Shown: positions 1 to 10,783, counted from the first letter of the stretch. The stretch is DNA of 60,860 nucleotides from Rickettsiales bacterium (GCA_049317085.1 JBMOIY010000001.1:1-60860); one strand, 5' to 3'. A program made the numbers and translations. Notes: generated from the sequence alone by a model not told the origin.

Positions 1-282
1 CGCCGGGATCCGCTGCTGCACGCGCGCATCCTGTGGAACAAGCTGCGCCTGACGCATGACGGGGTTGCGCTCTTGAGTGGTGTGGCCGAGAATGATTTTG
101 TGTATTTTGTCCACTCTTTTGCTGCGACGCATTGCAAGGATGAGGAAATACTTGCCACGACGCAGTATGGGGGCGATGTTGTGGCGCTGATCGGCCGTGG
201 GAATATCTATGGTACGCAATTCCACCCCGAGAAAAGCCAAGCCGTCGGCCTACGAATCATCCGCAATTTTTTAGGACTGTAA
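1..282 (+). CDS. hisH: Imidazole glycerol phosphate synthase amidotransferase subunit HisH, C-terminal part (5' end outside window)
   Basis: Frame 1 is open from base 1. The C-terminal YFVHSF...GTQFHPEKS motif is typical of HisH. It is followed by hisA and hisF. Confidence 0.85.
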   Translation, partial: RRDPLLHARILWNKLRLTHDGVALLSGVAENDFVYFVHSFAATHCKDEEILATTQYGGDVVALIGRGNIYGTQFHPEKSQAVGLRIIRNFLGL

Positions 283-284
283 TT

Positions 285-851
285 ATGGTAGCCGTATCCG
301 AATTGAAACCTACGCAGCATAAGTTAAGTGTCGAACGCAAAACTGTGCTCAGTGACAACGAGCTCGGCGAACTATGCATCGCAACGGAAGATGCGATCCG
401 CGACGGGATCGGTTTTAATTGGCTGACACCGCCCATGCGCGAGACGCTCGAAAGCTATTGGCGCGGGGTATTGATGGTGCCGACGCGCGAACTGTTTGTT
501 GCGCGTTTGGATAATGTCATCGCGGGCTCGATTCAATTATTGCGTCCTACCAAGTCGAAAGAGACGTCGGCATTCGCGGCGAGCATCGAGGCGCATTTCG
601 TGGCGCCCTGGGCGCGCGGGCATGGGTTGGCACCGATGCTGCTCGATGCGGCGGAACGCGAGGCGGCGAAGGAAGGGTTCGCGGTCATTAACCTCTCGGT
701 ACGCGAAACGCAGGCGCGCGCACTTGAGGTGTATCGCGGCCATGGCTACACGGAATGGGGAACGATGCCGTATTATGAATTCGTGAATGCAAGTATGGTG
801 AGCGGGCATTATTTTTACAAAAAACTGGAACCGATTTCGAATTTGATATGA
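285..851 (+). CDS. GNAT-family N-acetyltransferase
   Basis: 188 aa with an acetyl-CoA-binding-like segment (HFVAPWARGHGLAPMLL). It starts 2 nt after the hisH stop and overlaps the hisA start. Confidence 0.7.
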   Translation: MVAVSELKPTQHKLSVERKTVLSDNELGELCIATEDAIRDGIGFNWLTPPMRETLESYWRGVLMVPTRELFVARLDNVIAGSIQLLRPTKSKETSAFAASIEAHFVAPWARGHGLAPMLLDAAEREAAKEGFAVINLSVRETQARALEVYRGHGYTEWGTMPYYEFVNASMVSGHYFYKKLEPISNLI

Positions 852-1573
852 GACTTTACCCGGCAATTGATTTGAAAGACGGCAGCTGCGTGCGCCTGTT
901 CAAAGGCGATATGAATGCAAGTACGGTCTATAACGAAGATGCGGCGGCGCAGGCACGGCGGTTCGAGGCAGCGGGGTTCGAGTATCTGCATGTGGTGGAT
1001 CTAAATGGGGCGGTGAGTGGCAGCCTCGTCAACCGCGAGGTGGTGCAGCGTATCCTTAAATCGGTCGACATGCCGGTACAGTTGGGCGGTGGCATTCGTG
1101 ATCGCAAGACAGTCGATATGTGGCTGGAAGCTGGGGTGACGCGCGTCATTCTTGGCACGGCAGCGGTGAAGAACCCAGCATTGGTAGAAGAAGTCGCGAA
1201 GGCGTATCCCGGGAAAATCGCGGTTGGTATCGATGCGCGGGCGGGGATGGTTGCGGTTGAAGGCTGGGTGAAGGCCTCGACGCTGAAAGCGGTGGACCTT
1301 GCAAAATTGTTCGAGGATGCGGGCGTGGCGGCGATCATTTATACCGACATCGCGCGCGATGGAACGCTGGAAGGGCCGAATCTGGAAGAGACGGTGGCGC
1401 TTGCGAAGGCGATAACTATTCCAGTGATTTTATCGGGCGGCATCGGCAGCATGGCGGACCTAGCAGCAGTGAAAGCGCAGCAGGATAGTGGCATCGAGGG
1501 CATTATCATTGGTCGCGCACTTTATGAAAACACCATCCAGCCGTATGACGCGCTGGCTTTGATGGCTGAGTGA
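848..1573 (+). CDS. hisA: ProFAR isomerase HisA
   Basis: 241 aa, [17 protein letters not shown]...GGGIR...GRALYE, the classic HisA pattern. There is a 4-nt overlap with hisF. Confidence 0.95.
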   Translation: MRLYPAIDLKDGSCVRLFKGDMNASTVYNEDAAAQARRFEAAGFEYLHVVDLNGAVSGSLVNREVVQRILKSVDMPVQLGGGIRDRKTVDMWLEAGVTRVILGTAAVKNPALVEEVAKAYPGKIAVGIDARAGMVAVEGWVKASTLKAVDLAKLFEDAGVAAIIYTDIARDGTLEGPNLEETVALAKAITIPVILSGGIGSMADLAAVKAQQDSGIEGIIIGRALYENTIQPYDALALMAE

Positions 1574-2337
1574 TGGCGTTCCCGGTGCGCATCATTCCCT
1601 GTCTTGATGTGACCGGTGGTCGCGTGGTGAAGGGTGTGAATTTCGTCGACCTTATCGATGCGGGCGATCCCGTAGAGCAGGCGCGGGCCTATGATGTGCA
1701 AGGGGCGGATGAGCTTTGCTTTCTCGATATTACGGCGACGTCGGATAATCGCGGCATTTTGCATGATATGGTAGATCGTGTAGCGCAGCATTGCTTCATG
1801 CCGTTCACGGTGGGTGGCGGTGTGCGGGATCTGAGCGATATTCGCAGTTTGTTGCTGGCGGGGGCGGATAAGGTGTCCATCAATTCGGCGGCCGTGTCGC
1901 GGCCGGAATTTGTGTGTGAGGCGGCGGAGAAGTTTGGAGCTCAGTGCATTGTCGTCGCGATTGATGCGAAGCAGGTTGCGAAGGGGAAATGGGAAATTTT
2001 CACGCATGGTGGGCGCAAGGACACAGGCATCGATGCCGTGGCGTGGGCGGAGCGGATGGCAAGCCTTGGGGCGGGTGAGCTGCTAGTGACCTCAATGGAC
2101 CGGGATGGCACAAAATCGGGCTTCGATACGGATCTCATCACGCAGATCACTGAACGCACGCGGGTGCCGATCATTGCATCAGGTGGTGTCGGCAGCCTGC
2201 AACATTTTGCTGAGGGTGCACGGGCGGGCGCCACCGGGTTGCTTGCGGCTTCGGTGTTCCATTTTGGTGAGTTCACCATCGCACAGGTGAAAGATGCTTT
2301 ATCCGCGCAACAAATTGCGGTAAGGAACACTCTATGA
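1570..2337 (+). CDS. hisF: Imidazole glycerol phosphate synthase cyclase subunit HisF
   Basis: 255 aa, [17 protein letters not shown]...GGGV...SGGVG motifs. Confidence 0.95.
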   Translation: MMAFPVRIIPCLDVTGGRVVKGVNFVDLIDAGDPVEQARAYDVQGADELCFLDITATSDNRGILHDMVDRVAQHCFMPFTVGGGVRDLSDIRSLLLAGADKVSINSAAVSRPEFVCEAAEKFGAQCIVVAIDAKQVAKGKWEIFTHGGRKDTGIDAVAWAERMASLGAGELLVTSMDRDGTKSGFDTDLITQITERTRVPIIASGGVGSLQHFAEGARAGATGLLAASVFHFGEFTIAQVKDALSAQQIAVRNTL

Positions 2338-2660
2338 GTGCTTTTGATTATTTAGATACGTTAGTCGCGACCATCCAAGCGCGGGTTGGGGGCGACCCGA
2401 AATTGTCGCACACCGCCAAACTGTTGAAGCGTGGCCCGGCGCGTATTGCAAAGAAACTGGGTGAAGAAGCGGTGGAGACCGCTATCTCTGCAGCCCAAGG
2501 CAATCGGGAGGAAGTAGTGGCCGAGAGTGCGGACCTGATGTTCCACCTGCTTGTGCTGTGGCAGGCGATGGGGATCGCACCGAATGAAGTGATGCTTGAA
2601 TTGCAACGCCGTGAGGCAATGAGCGGCATTGAAGAAAAAGCGTCGCGCGTTCAACAGTAG
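2334..2660 (+). CDS. hisE: Phosphoribosyl-ATP pyrophosphatase HisE
   Basis: 108 aa, LL.RG...I.KKLGEEA.E...A......E.aDL.fHllVL pattern. It is overlap-coupled to hisF. Confidence 0.9.
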   Translation: MSAFDYLDTLVATIQARVGGDPKLSHTAKLLKRGPARIAKKLGEEAVETAISAAQGNREEVVAESADLMFHLLVLWQAMGIAPNEVMLELQRREAMSGIEEKASRVQQ

Positions 2661-3014
2661 ATGGTTTACGACTCCAACAATGTGTTTGCAAAAATCCTGC
2701 GTGGGGAGATTCCCTGCAGTAAAGTTTATGATGATGCGTTCGCGCTGGCGTTCCATGATATTGCACCGAGCGCGCCGACGCATATCATTGTGATACCTAA
2801 GGGGGAGTATCGTAATTTTGCCGAGTTTTCAGCGCTTGCGCCGAAAGGATTGCTGCAGGGGTTTTTTGCAGCGGTGCAGAAAATTGCTGCGCAGCAAGGG
2901 CTCACGGATTATCGACTGATTACGAATAACGGTGAGGTTGCGGGGCAGACGGTGCATCATTTCCATATGCACATCCTTGCTGGAAAACCGATGCACGGAT
3001 TATTGCCGGAGTAG
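2661..3014 (+). CDS. HIT-family (histidine triad) protein
   Basis: 117 aa with FAKILRGEIP at the N-terminus and the HHFHMHIL histidine triad. Confidence 0.85.
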   Translation: MVYDSNNVFAKILRGEIPCSKVYDDAFALAFHDIAPSAPTHIIVIPKGEYRNFAEFSALAPKGLLQGFFAAVQKIAAQQGLTDYRLITNNGEVAGQTVHHFHMHILAGKPMHGLLPE

Positions 3015-3578
3015 CTGTGCGGTCTCAAATAGCGGTAATCCCACCACATTACTATGCGAGCCTGAGATGAACGGGATGAAGGTGCTGGCGACGCCCTGAA
3101 TCGCATAGCCGCCAGCCTTGCCGCGCCATTCGTCGCAGGCGATGTAGGCATCGATCGTGCGCTTGCTCAAGTTGCTGAAGCGCACCATCGTGGTTGCGGT
3201 CTTGCTGCGCATGGTGCCATCGGCGCTGATGACGCAGACGCAGGTCATCACGCGGTGACGGCGGCCCGATAGTAGGCTGAGGCAGGTGCGGGCGGTCGCT
3301 TCGTCCTCGGCTTTGGGCAGGATGCGGCGGCCTAAAGCAACGATGGTGTCGGCGCTAAGGATGGTCTGTCCGAGATTCGAGGCGGCGACTTTGATGGCTT
3401 TGTTCTGCGCAATGCGTGTGACGTAGGCTTGCGGCAGTTCACCGTTATGGGGTGTTTCGTCGATATCAGCGGGGATGATGGCGTCCGGCGTGATGCCCAG
3501 TTGGGTGAGCAATTGGACGCGGCGTGGGGAAGCAGAGGCGAGGATGAGGGGGGTATAAGGCTCGATGACCGCGGCCAC
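3000..3578 (-). CDS. maf: Maf-like nucleoside triphosphate pyrophosphatase
   Basis: 192 aa, LILASASPRR..LL...G...DIDE...KAGGYAIQG, typical Maf motifs. Confidence 0.85.
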   Translation of the reverse strand: MAAVIEPYTPLILASASPRRVQLLTQLGITPDAIIPADIDETPHNGELPQAYVTRIAQNKAIKVAASNLGQTILSADTIVALGRRILPKAEDEATARTCLSLLSGRRHRVMTCVCVISADGTMRSKTATTMVRFSNLSKRTIDAYIACDEWRGKAGGYAIQGVASTFIPFISGSHSNVVGLPLFETAQLLRQ

Positions 3579-3587
3579 GGCGACGAC

Positions 3588-3806
3588 CTATTTCTCGCGG
3601 AATTTGATACGGCCTTTGCTGAGGTCGTATGGCGTCATCTCAACGATGACTTTATCACCGGCCAGCACGCGGATGCGGTTCTTGCGCATGGAGCCCGACG
3701 CATGGGCGAGCATTTCGTGGCCGTTCTCGAGCTTCACCCTGAACATGGTGTTCGGGAGCACTTCGGCGACGACGCCTTTGAATTCAAGTAGTTCTTCTTT
3801 GGTCAT
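3588..3806 (-). CDS. infA: Translation initiation factor IF-1
   Basis: 72 aa, [37 protein letters not shown]...GDKV..EM.PYDL.KGRI..R. Confidence 0.95.
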   Translation of the reverse strand: MTKEELLEFKGVVAEVLPNTMFRVKLENGHEMLAHASGSMRKNRIRVLAGDKVIVEMTPYDLSKGRIKFREK

Positions 3807-3905
3807 GAGCGCTGTATAGCAGGGTTTTAGGCGGATGCAAGTAGTTAGCAGTTAGCCGTTGGCAGTTAGGTTTTGGCTCAAAAAGGTTAGTTTTTTGGCT
3901 AACCG

Positions 3906-4385
3906 CTACTTAATATGTAGCACACAGATCAGCGTAAACAGCCGCCGTGCGGTCGCGAAATCCATGTCGAGGCGGTCGGAAAGCTGAGATTGCAGCATTT
4001 CGGAGCCTTCGTTATGGACGCCGCGGCGGGCCATGTCGAGGGTCTGCAGGCGGTCGCTCGCGCTGTGTTTGATGGCGTCGTAATACTGTTCGCACATCAG
4101 GAAATAGTCCTTGATGATGCCACGGAAGCCGATGAGTGGGAGGGTCACATCATGCGCTTGCGTGGTTTCGTCAGTGGTGAAGCGCAGCGTGAGGCGGTTA
4201 TCGCGCACGCTGATGAAGAGGTCATACGGTGGGTGGAGTTCTGGCGCGCCGAGGATGGTGACGTCATTGGTGTGGGTGATGTCGACTAGCGCAACGCGCC
4301 GCTCATGCTCCACTTCCGGTGAACGCTTGATGATGCTTGCGTCATCGAGCGTCACTTTGCGGATGCTGGCGGTGGTTGTACTCAT
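3906..4385 (-). CDS. UPF0262-family protein
   Basis: 159 aa with EHERRVALVDI and DYFLMCEQYY segments. It sits between hisD and infA, as is common in alphaproteobacteria. Confidence 0.7.
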   Translation of the reverse strand: MSTTTASIRKVTLDDASIIKRSPEVEHERRVALVDITHTNDVTILGAPELHPPYDLFISVRDNRLTLRFTTDETTQAHDVTLPLIGFRGIIKDYFLMCEQYYDAIKHSASDRLQTLDMARRGVHNEGSEMLQSQLSDRLDMDFATARRLFTLICVLHIK

Positions 4386-5656
4386 GTGCGTAATCGCAAG
4401 GAGATGGCGTGAGCGGCGAGGCCTTCAGCATCGGCCAATGTCGCAGCGGGTTGCAAGAGGGATGATTTTTCGGGCGCGCCGATAAGGCTGGTGCGGTTGA
4501 CGAAATCGAATACACTCAGGCCGCTGCTGAAACGGGCGGCACGGGAAGTGGGCAGCACGTGGCTTGGCCCTGCGATATAATCGCCGACTGCTTCAGGGGT
4601 GTGGCGACCGAGGAAGATGGCCCCGGCGTTACGTACATGGGGTGCGAATTTTTCCGGTGCGTCGATGGCGAGCATCAGATGCTCGGGTGCGATGGTTGCG
4701 ATGACAGGGAGGGCGTCGGTCAATGTATCAACGACAATAATGCCACCATGGTTTTTCCAGCTGCTGCGTGCGATATCCGCTTTCGGCAACACGTCGAGCA
4801 GGTCGTTCACCTCGGCGGCGATGGCGTCGGCGAAATTGGCGTCGGTAGTGATGAGGATGGATTGCGCCATTTCGTCGTGTTCAGCCTGGCTCAATAAATC
4901 GGCAGCAATCCATGGCGGAGGATTTTTCGCGTCGGCGACGACCAGAATTTCTGACGGGCCAGCGATGGTGTCGATGCCGACGGTGCCGTAGACCTGACGT
5001 TTGGCTTCGGCGACATAGGCGTTGCCAGGGCCGACAATTTTTATAACCGGGGCGATGGTGGCGGTGCCGTAAGCCAAGGCGGCAACGGCTTGTGCGCCGC
5101 CGATACGATAGATCTCATGCACACCGGCGAGTTTGGCGGCAATTAAGATGGCTGGGTTGATGATGCCATCCGGTGTTGGGACGACCATAACGATGCGCTC
5201 AATGCCTGCGACGGTCGCGGGAATGGCGTTCATGAGGACGCTAGATGGGTAGCTGGCCTTGCCGCCCGGGACATAGATGCCGACGGATTCGAGCGGAGAA
5301 TATTGCCAGCCGAGAGTGACGCCTGCGTCATCGACATAGTGGTGGTTATAGGGTTTTTGAACTTCGTGATAGGTGCGGATGCGTTCGGCGGCGAGCGTCA
5401 ACGCGGCACAGACATCGGGTGCGCAATCGGTTTCGGCTTTGGCAATTTCGGTGTCAGTGAAGCGGACGTTGGTGATTTCGAGACGGTCGAATTTCTTGGT
5501 GTAGTCGAGCAGGGCTTTGTCGCCGCGGTCGCGGACGTCACCAATGATCATTTTCACGGTGTGGGCGACATCGGCGGCACCCACATTGCGGGTGTCGAGC
5601 AGGGCCTGCAGTTTTTGTGCGAAATCCTTTTCAGACGAGTTGAGGCGCGCGGTCAT
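4382..5656 (-). CDS. hisD: Histidinol dehydrogenase HisD
   Basis: Start moved to Met75 of the 498-aa ORF (MTARLNSS...). ATG 5656-5654 overlaps the hisG TGA (ATGA coupling). The first 74 ORF codons are Arg/Pro-rich and lie inside hisG. Confidence 0.9.
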   Translation of the reverse strand: MTARLNSSEKDFAQKLQALLDTRNVGAADVAHTVKMIIGDVRDRGDKALLDYTKKFDRLEITNVRFTDTEIAKAETDCAPDVCAALTLAAERIRTYHEVQKPYNHHYVDDAGVTLGWQYSPLESVGIYVPGGKASYPSSVLMNAIPATVAGIERIVMVVPTPDGIINPAILIAAKLAGVHEIYRIGGAQAVAALAYGTATIAPVIKIVGPGNAYVAEAKRQVYGTVGIDTIAGPSEILVVADAKNPPPWIAADLLSQAEHDEMAQSILITTDANFADAIAAEVNDLLDVLPKADIARSSWKNHGGIIVVDTLTDALPVIATIAPEHLMLAIDAPEKFAPHVRNAGAIFLGRHTPEAVGDYIAGPSHVLPTSRAARFSSGLSVFDFVNRTSLIGAPEKSSLLQPAATLADAEGLAAHAISLRLRT

Positions 5657-6315
5657 GCGAGGGCTCCGCGGAAAGCGTCGAGGATGGGGCCGAGTTCGGC
5701 GATGCGGGTTTTGTAGGCGGCGCGGTTGACGATGAGGCGCGAGGAAATGTCCATGATCTTTTCGACTTCGATAAGGCCGTTCGCTTTCAAGGTTGCTCCG
5801 CTTGAGACTAAATCGACGATGCGTTCGCTGAGGCCGATGGCGGGGGCGAGTTCCATCGCACCGTTCAGGTGGATGCATTCGGCCTGCACGCCGCGGGTAG
5901 CGAAATAGCGGCTGGTGAGGTTCGGGTATTTGGTGGCGATGCGCACATGGCTCCAGCGGGTGGGATCATCGTTTGCTGCTATAGATTCAGGTTCGGCGAC
6001 GCTCAGGCGGCATTTGCCGATATTGAGGTCGAGCGGGGCGTAGAGGTCTGGGTAATTGAATTCTTCGATGACATCACTGCCGGCGACCCCGAGCTGTGCG
6101 GCACCGTAGGCAACGAAGGTCGCAACGTCAAACGAGCGAACGCGGATGATGGAGAGGCCGTCGATGTTGGTGGCGAATTTGAGCGCGCGGTCGCCTTCAT
6201 CGAAAAAACTTTTCTCGGGCGTGATACCGACCTGTTTCAACACAGGTTCCAGCTCGTCGAAGATGCGCCCCTTCGGCAGTGCCAGGATGAGAGGGGATGT
6301 GAGAGTGATGGTCAT
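5653..6315 (-). CDS. hisG: ATP phosphoribosyltransferase, short form
   Basis: 220 aa, LALPKGRI...LK......D...V..G..D.G..G.D pattern. The short-form length implies a HisZ partner elsewhere. Confidence 0.9.
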   Translation of the reverse strand: MTITLTSPLILALPKGRIFDELEPVLKQVGITPEKSFFDEGDRALKFATNIDGLSIIRVRSFDVATFVAYGAAQLGVAGSDVIEEFNYPDLYAPLDLNIGKCRLSVAEPESIAANDDPTRWSHVRIATKYPNLTSRYFATRGVQAECIHLNGAMELAPAIGLSERIVDLVSSGATLKANGLIEVEKIMDISSRLIVNRAAYKTRIAELGPILDAFRGALA

Positions 6316-6980
6316 TCGTTTGCGGCGATGAGGCGGGAGGTAAAGAGTTTCACTGTTTCGACCGATTGACTGAAGGTGTTGGCGTCGGCGTTGGTAGAGG
6401 GGGCGTATAGGTTTACGGAAACGGGGTTGCCGCCGATCATGGTCATGGCGGCAGTGCTGGCGACGTTGGTGGTTTTGCCACCAACGTTATTCGATTGTTT
6501 CATGCCGATGATGACCATATCGGCATTCTGGAACAAAACACCGCGTGAATTCGCGGTGATGGCTTTCGGGTCGCTGATGCCGCTTTGTGTTTCAGTGGCT
6601 GCTGCTTCGCGTGCGCCGGTCAGGGCGTTCTCGAGCAGGTTGCTGCCGGTGCTCTTGAAAATCCTAGCGGCACTCTCGACATAATCCTTGCGGTCGAGCG
6701 GGAGTTTTTCACCGAGTGTTTGTGCCAGTACCGCGCCATAGCGGGTGACCGACTCGGCCTTGCGATTCGTTATGGCATTCAGTTCATCGCAATCCGCGAA
6801 GGCAGCAACCATGTCGTTGCTGGTGCCATTGGTGCTTCGGAGATAGTCTATGATGGTTGCCTCGGCTTCTTTTTTCTCGTTCAGTTTGCACATGCCGCTC
6901 GGCAGTCCAGGTATGGCCAGTGCCATTGCGACGCATGGTAACAGACTCAAGACAGCAAGGATGGAGAGGCGGGTGTACAT
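6312..6980 (-). CDS. Hypothetical secreted protein
   Basis: 222 aa with an N-terminal hydrophobic signal-like segment ([20 protein letters not shown]). No motif was recognised. Its stop overlaps the hisG start. Confidence 0.5.
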   Translation of the reverse strand: MYTRLSILAVLSLLPCVAMALAIPGLPSGMCKLNEKKEAEATIIDYLRSTNGTSNDMVAAFADCDELNAITNRKAESVTRYGAVLAQTLGEKLPLDRKDYVESAARIFKSTGSNLLENALTGAREAAATETQSGISDPKAITANSRGVLFQNADMVIIGMKQSNNVGGKTTNVASTAAMTMIGGNPVSVNLYAPSTNADANTFSQSVETVKLFTSRLIAANE

Positions 6981-7076
6981 GGTTACCTAACAGGGTTGAA
7001 GGTGGGATAGCACGCCATACTACCCGATATTTTTGTTATTTTCCAGCATTTAGTGCGGTGCAGCAATTGGCTGAAA

Positions 7077-8387
7077 TCAGCGGATTCGATGGATCATTGC
7101 GCCGCAGGCGGCGAGTTTCTCCTCGAGGCGTTCGTAGCCGCGGTCGAGATGGTAGATGCGGCCGATGGTACTGATGCCTTCGGCGGCCAGCGCCGCGATG
7201 ACGAGGGAGACAGAGGCGCGTAGGTCGGTCGCCATGACGGGGGCGGCTTTCAGGGATGTTTTACCGTGGACGGTGGCGCAGTGGCCGTCGATGACGACAT
7301 TGGTGCCCATGCGGGCGAGTTCCGGCACATGCATGAAGCGATTCTCGAAAATGGTTTCGCAGATGAGGCTGTTGCCTTCGGCTTGCGTGAGCACGGTCAT
7401 CAGTTGCGCCTGCATGTCGGTTGGGAAATCGGGGAAGGGGGCAGTGGTGATGTCCATCGGCTTAAGGGGTTTGCTCAGGTCGCGCCGCACACGCAGTGTG
7501 TCCTGAGTTTCTTCAATGTCCACGCCGATTTCCTTCAAATAATCGATAACGACCCTCAGGGTCTCGGGGCGGGTGTCGAGCAGTTCGACGTCGCCGCCGG
7601 TGACGGCAACGGCGCAGAGGAAGGTGCCGGTCTCGATACGGTCGGGGATGATGCGGTAGGTAGTGCCGGAGAGGGCAGTGACGCCGCGCACTGTCAGTGT
7701 CGATGTGCCGATGCCCGAAATATCTGCGCCCATGGTGATGAGTAGATTTGCAAGGTCGGTGATCTCGGGTTCACGGGCGGCGTTATGGATGGTGGTGGTG
7801 CCTTTGGCGAGGGTGGCGGCCATGAGGAGATTCTCGGTTGCGCCGACAGAGACTTTCTCGAAATACACATCGCCGCCAACAAGTCCACCTTGCGGGGCTT
7901 CGGCGAGGACGTAGCCTTCGGTAAGGGTGATCTTCGCACCGAGGCATTCCATGGCTTTGAGGTGCATATCGACGGGCCGCGCGCCGATGGCGCAGCCACC
8001 GGGCAGGGATACGCGCACGACATGTTCGCGGGCGAGGATGGGTCCGAGGACGAGGATGGAGGCGCGCATGGTGCGTACGAGTTCGTAGGGCGCGACAACG
8101 TTCGGTATGTTCTCGCAGGTAAGGGAGAGCTCGCGACTATAATGGCCGGGCATGTTGGGGCTGTGGAGACTGCCGCCGCTGGTGTCGCGCAGGGTAAGGT
8201 GCGCGCCGTGCTGCACCAGCAATTTTGCCATGGTGGTAATATCGGCGAGGAAGGGAACGTTGTCGAAGGTGACTTTTTCGCGCGTCAACAAGGCGGCACA
8301 CATGAGCGGAAGCGCCGCATTTTTTGCGCCGCCTATGATGATCTTGCCGTGCAGCGGCTTTCCGCCAGTGATGCGTAGTTTATCCAT
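7077..8387 (-). CDS. murA: UDP-N-acetylglucosamine 1-carboxyvinyltransferase
   Basis: 436 aa, MDKLRITGGKPL.G...I.GAKNAALP...A.LLT..., a full-length MurA pattern. Confidence 0.95.
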   Translation of the reverse strand: MDKLRITGGKPLHGKIIIGGAKNAALPLMCAALLTREKVTFDNVPFLADITTMAKLLVQHGAHLTLRDTSGGSLHSPNMPGHYSRELSLTCENIPNVVAPYELVRTMRASILVLGPILAREHVVRVSLPGGCAIGARPVDMHLKAMECLGAKITLTEGYVLAEAPQGGLVGGDVYFEKVSVGATENLLMAATLAKGTTTIHNAAREPEITDLANLLITMGADISGIGTSTLTVRGVTALSGTTYRIIPDRIETGTFLCAVAVTGGDVELLDTRPETLRVVIDYLKEIGVDIEETQDTLRVRRDLSKPLKPMDITTAPFPDFPTDMQAQLMTVLTQAEGNSLICETIFENRFMHVPELARMGTNVVIDGHCATVHGKTSLKAAPVMATDLRASVSLVIAALAAEGISTIGRIYHLDRGYERLEEKLAACGAMIHRIR

Positions 8388-8447
8388 AGAGGGCGGTTTC
8401 TAGCATGGCCGCTAAGAAAGGCTAGGATTATCCGAGATACGGTCCAG

Positions 8448-9232
8448 CTAGAAAACGTTACTAAAAAGCAGCGGGCATTCAAGACTGTTGGTAGTTATCC
8501 GGTAGGGGCTGGCAGAAGTGCAGGCAGCGTTCCAGAAAATGCCAACTACCTTTCCTGCACCTGGAAGTCCGTTATCCAACTTGGCATCCAAAACGTATGC
8601 GTCTTCGGGGCTCAAAGCGGGTGACATGGTGGAGCTGCCCGTGCGCTGTATGCCGAATATCAAGGAATTTCCATAGTTGAAGGTGTAAAAATTAGGATCG
8701 CCACCGGAGAAGTCAAGGTTGCGCAGCCTCCAGCCTGTACAGGGGTATCTGGATTTGGGGACATTGGTGCTGATCACTGCATCATCTGCGCCTGCTGGTC
8801 TTGCAATGCCGCTATAAACGCCTTCGATCAGCCCGGCGAGACGCAGCTGGCTCCAGAATTGGATAATTTCTCTAGCGGCGCTAGCGCCGCTGCCAAGCGA
8901 CATAGCGCCATTGGCATTACCATCGCAGGTGCGGTTGGCGTTGACGGCAGCAGCGGAGTTGGTGACGCAGACGCCCGCGGCTGATTGGCGCTTCCACTAA
9001 GAAGTGGCATTACTGATATCGCCGGGGATGCCAGCATACTGATCCTGAAAATTCTGAACTGCAGCCGCGTAGCGTTCGTATTCGGTGGTGATGTTGCTCA
9101 GGCGGCTTTTCTTGATGAGTGTCTGGCCTTCGAGCACACCGCCGACGAGGAGGCCGATGATGACCAGCGCCATGCTCAGTTCCACCAAGGTGAAGGCGTG
9201 GTGCGACCGGTACGGCCAGGCATCAACTGCAT
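8448..9232 (-). pseudogene. Prepilin-type (type IV pilin / T2SS pseudopilin-like) gene, disrupted
   Basis: An AFTLVELSMALVIIGLLVGG N-methylation-type motif is present. The only ATG with an RBS (GGGAGA-N7-ATG, 9232-9230) is out of frame with it. An in-frame TAG at 8997-8999 splits the body. It is a paralog of 9962-10783. Confidence 0.6.
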
Positions 9233-9295
9233 CGGTATTCTCCCATCAACAGCTTGAGAAGCATGCCAAAATTATTGGGTGTAGACAATGCAATT

Positions 9296-9859
9296 CTAGG
9301 CGATCTCGACCCGCGGCAGGGTTACGCCGGTCTGGCCCATATATTTGCCTTTGCGATCGCTATAGCTGGTCTCACAGACGGATTCGCCCTTTAAAAACAG
9401 GAACTGACAGGCACCCTCGTTGGCGTAGATTTTAGCCGGCAACGGCGTGGTATTGCTGAATTCCAGCGTCACATGGCCCTCCCATTCGGGCTCGAGCGGG
9501 GTCACGTTGACGATGATGCCGCAACGTGCGTAGGTGGATTTACCAAGGCAGATGACCAGTGTGTCACGCGGGATGCGAAAATACTCCACCGTGCGAGCAA
9601 GTACAAAGCTGTTGGGTGGGATGATGCAAACATCCGTTTTGCGGTCGACAAAACTTTTTGGGGAGAAGTCTTTTGGATCGACGATGGCAGAATCCACATT
9701 GGTGAATATCTTAAACTCGTCGGCAACGCGCGCGTCGTAGCCGTAAGAGGAAAGCCCATAGGAAATCACGCCCTCGCGCCGAAGATTCTCGACGAAGGGT
9801 TCAATCATGCGATCGTTGTTCGCGCGGTCACGGATCCAGTGGTCAGGTTGAATAGCCAT
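9296..9859 (-). CDS. dcd: dCTP deaminase
   Basis: 187 aa, [10 protein letters not shown].....MIEPF..........[12 protein letters not shown], a typical Dcd. Confidence 0.9.
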   Translation of the reverse strand: MAIQPDHWIRDRANNDRMIEPFVENLRREGVISYGLSSYGYDARVADEFKIFTNVDSAIVDPKDFSPKSFVDRKTDVCIIPPNSFVLARTVEYFRIPRDTLVICLGKSTYARCGIIVNVTPLEPEWEGHVTLEFSNTTPLPAKIYANEGACQFLFLKGESVCETSYSDRKGKYMGQTGVTLPRVEIA

Positions 9860-9961
9860 GTAGCGGTTTTAACGTGTGGGGAATGAAAAGCAAGTGATGC
9901 GTTTGGTTATTCAGGAGTTTGTATTGCCCATTACAGAGAAAAATGCGTAATATGAAAGGGT

Positions 9962-10783
9962 ATGAAACAATCTTGCTCCGTACAGCGTGCATTTTCCCTT
10001 GTCGAGCTCTCAATCGTTTTGGTTATCCTTGGACTTTTGGTTGGGGGCATTCTTTCAGGGCAGTCACTTATTCATGCGTCATAACTTCGTAGTGTTACAG
10101 CGGATCTTACGCGCTATCAAACGGCCATGAGTACATTCCGCGATAAGTATTTTGCGCTTCCGGGCGATATGACGAATGCGGTGATATTCTGGGGTGCGGC
10201 CGATGGTGGTGACGGTCTAGGACTCGATTGTTATGAAACGGATAGCACCGGACTTAAAACTACATGTAACGGTAACGGCGATGGCATTGTAACTTCCAGC
10301 AGCACTCTGGTGGGTAACGAAAAATTCCGTTTCTGGCAGCATCTGGCGAATGCCGGATTGATTGAAGGAAGCTATAGTGGTCGCGCCGCTGTCACTACGG
10401 GTGCCGCCAATCGTTCCGTAGGCATCCAGATGGCAGGCAGGATACCGCTCAGTAAAATCAGTGGTGGGGCATATGACATTGAGGGTATCGGCACGGCACT
10501 CGGATATGCTTGGGCCTGGGATGGTTATTATGGCACCACGATCTATTTCGGTGCCTCAGATCAAGAGGGAGCTATTGGTGATTTGCTCGAAGGCGCCATT
10601 ATAACGCCGGCAGACCAATGGAATATTGATACCAAAATGGATGACGGAAAACCCAGTTACGGCAAAATACGGGCGTATCAAAACTCCGTTAACTGCAACA
10701 CGAACGTTTCGCAGGCAACGGCAGCGTACCGTGTGGATGTAACGGACAAAGTATGTTTTATAATGTATTCAACGGGGTATTAA
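9962..10783 (+). pseudogene. Prepilin-type gene interrupted by one in-frame TAA
   Basis: ATG 9962 gives MKQSCSVQRAFSLVELSIVLVILGLLVGG..., then TAA at 10082-10084. The same frame continues into the 218-aa ORF 10127-10783. The FWQHLANAGLIEGSYSG block is shared with 8448-8903. Confidence 0.65.

Noticed and set aside
4382-5878. A 498-aa version of hisD with an Arg/Pro-rich 74-residue N-terminus
   Set aside because: The extension lies entirely inside hisG in another frame. Met75 gives a canonical HisD N-terminus with ATGA coupling to the hisG stop.
8997-10084. Alternative genetic code or programmed readthrough to explain the in-frame TAG and TAA in the pilin-like genes
   Set aside because: TAA, TAG and TGA all terminate well-conserved housekeeping genes at expected lengths throughout the window. 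Copy 1 also has a separate leader frameshift.
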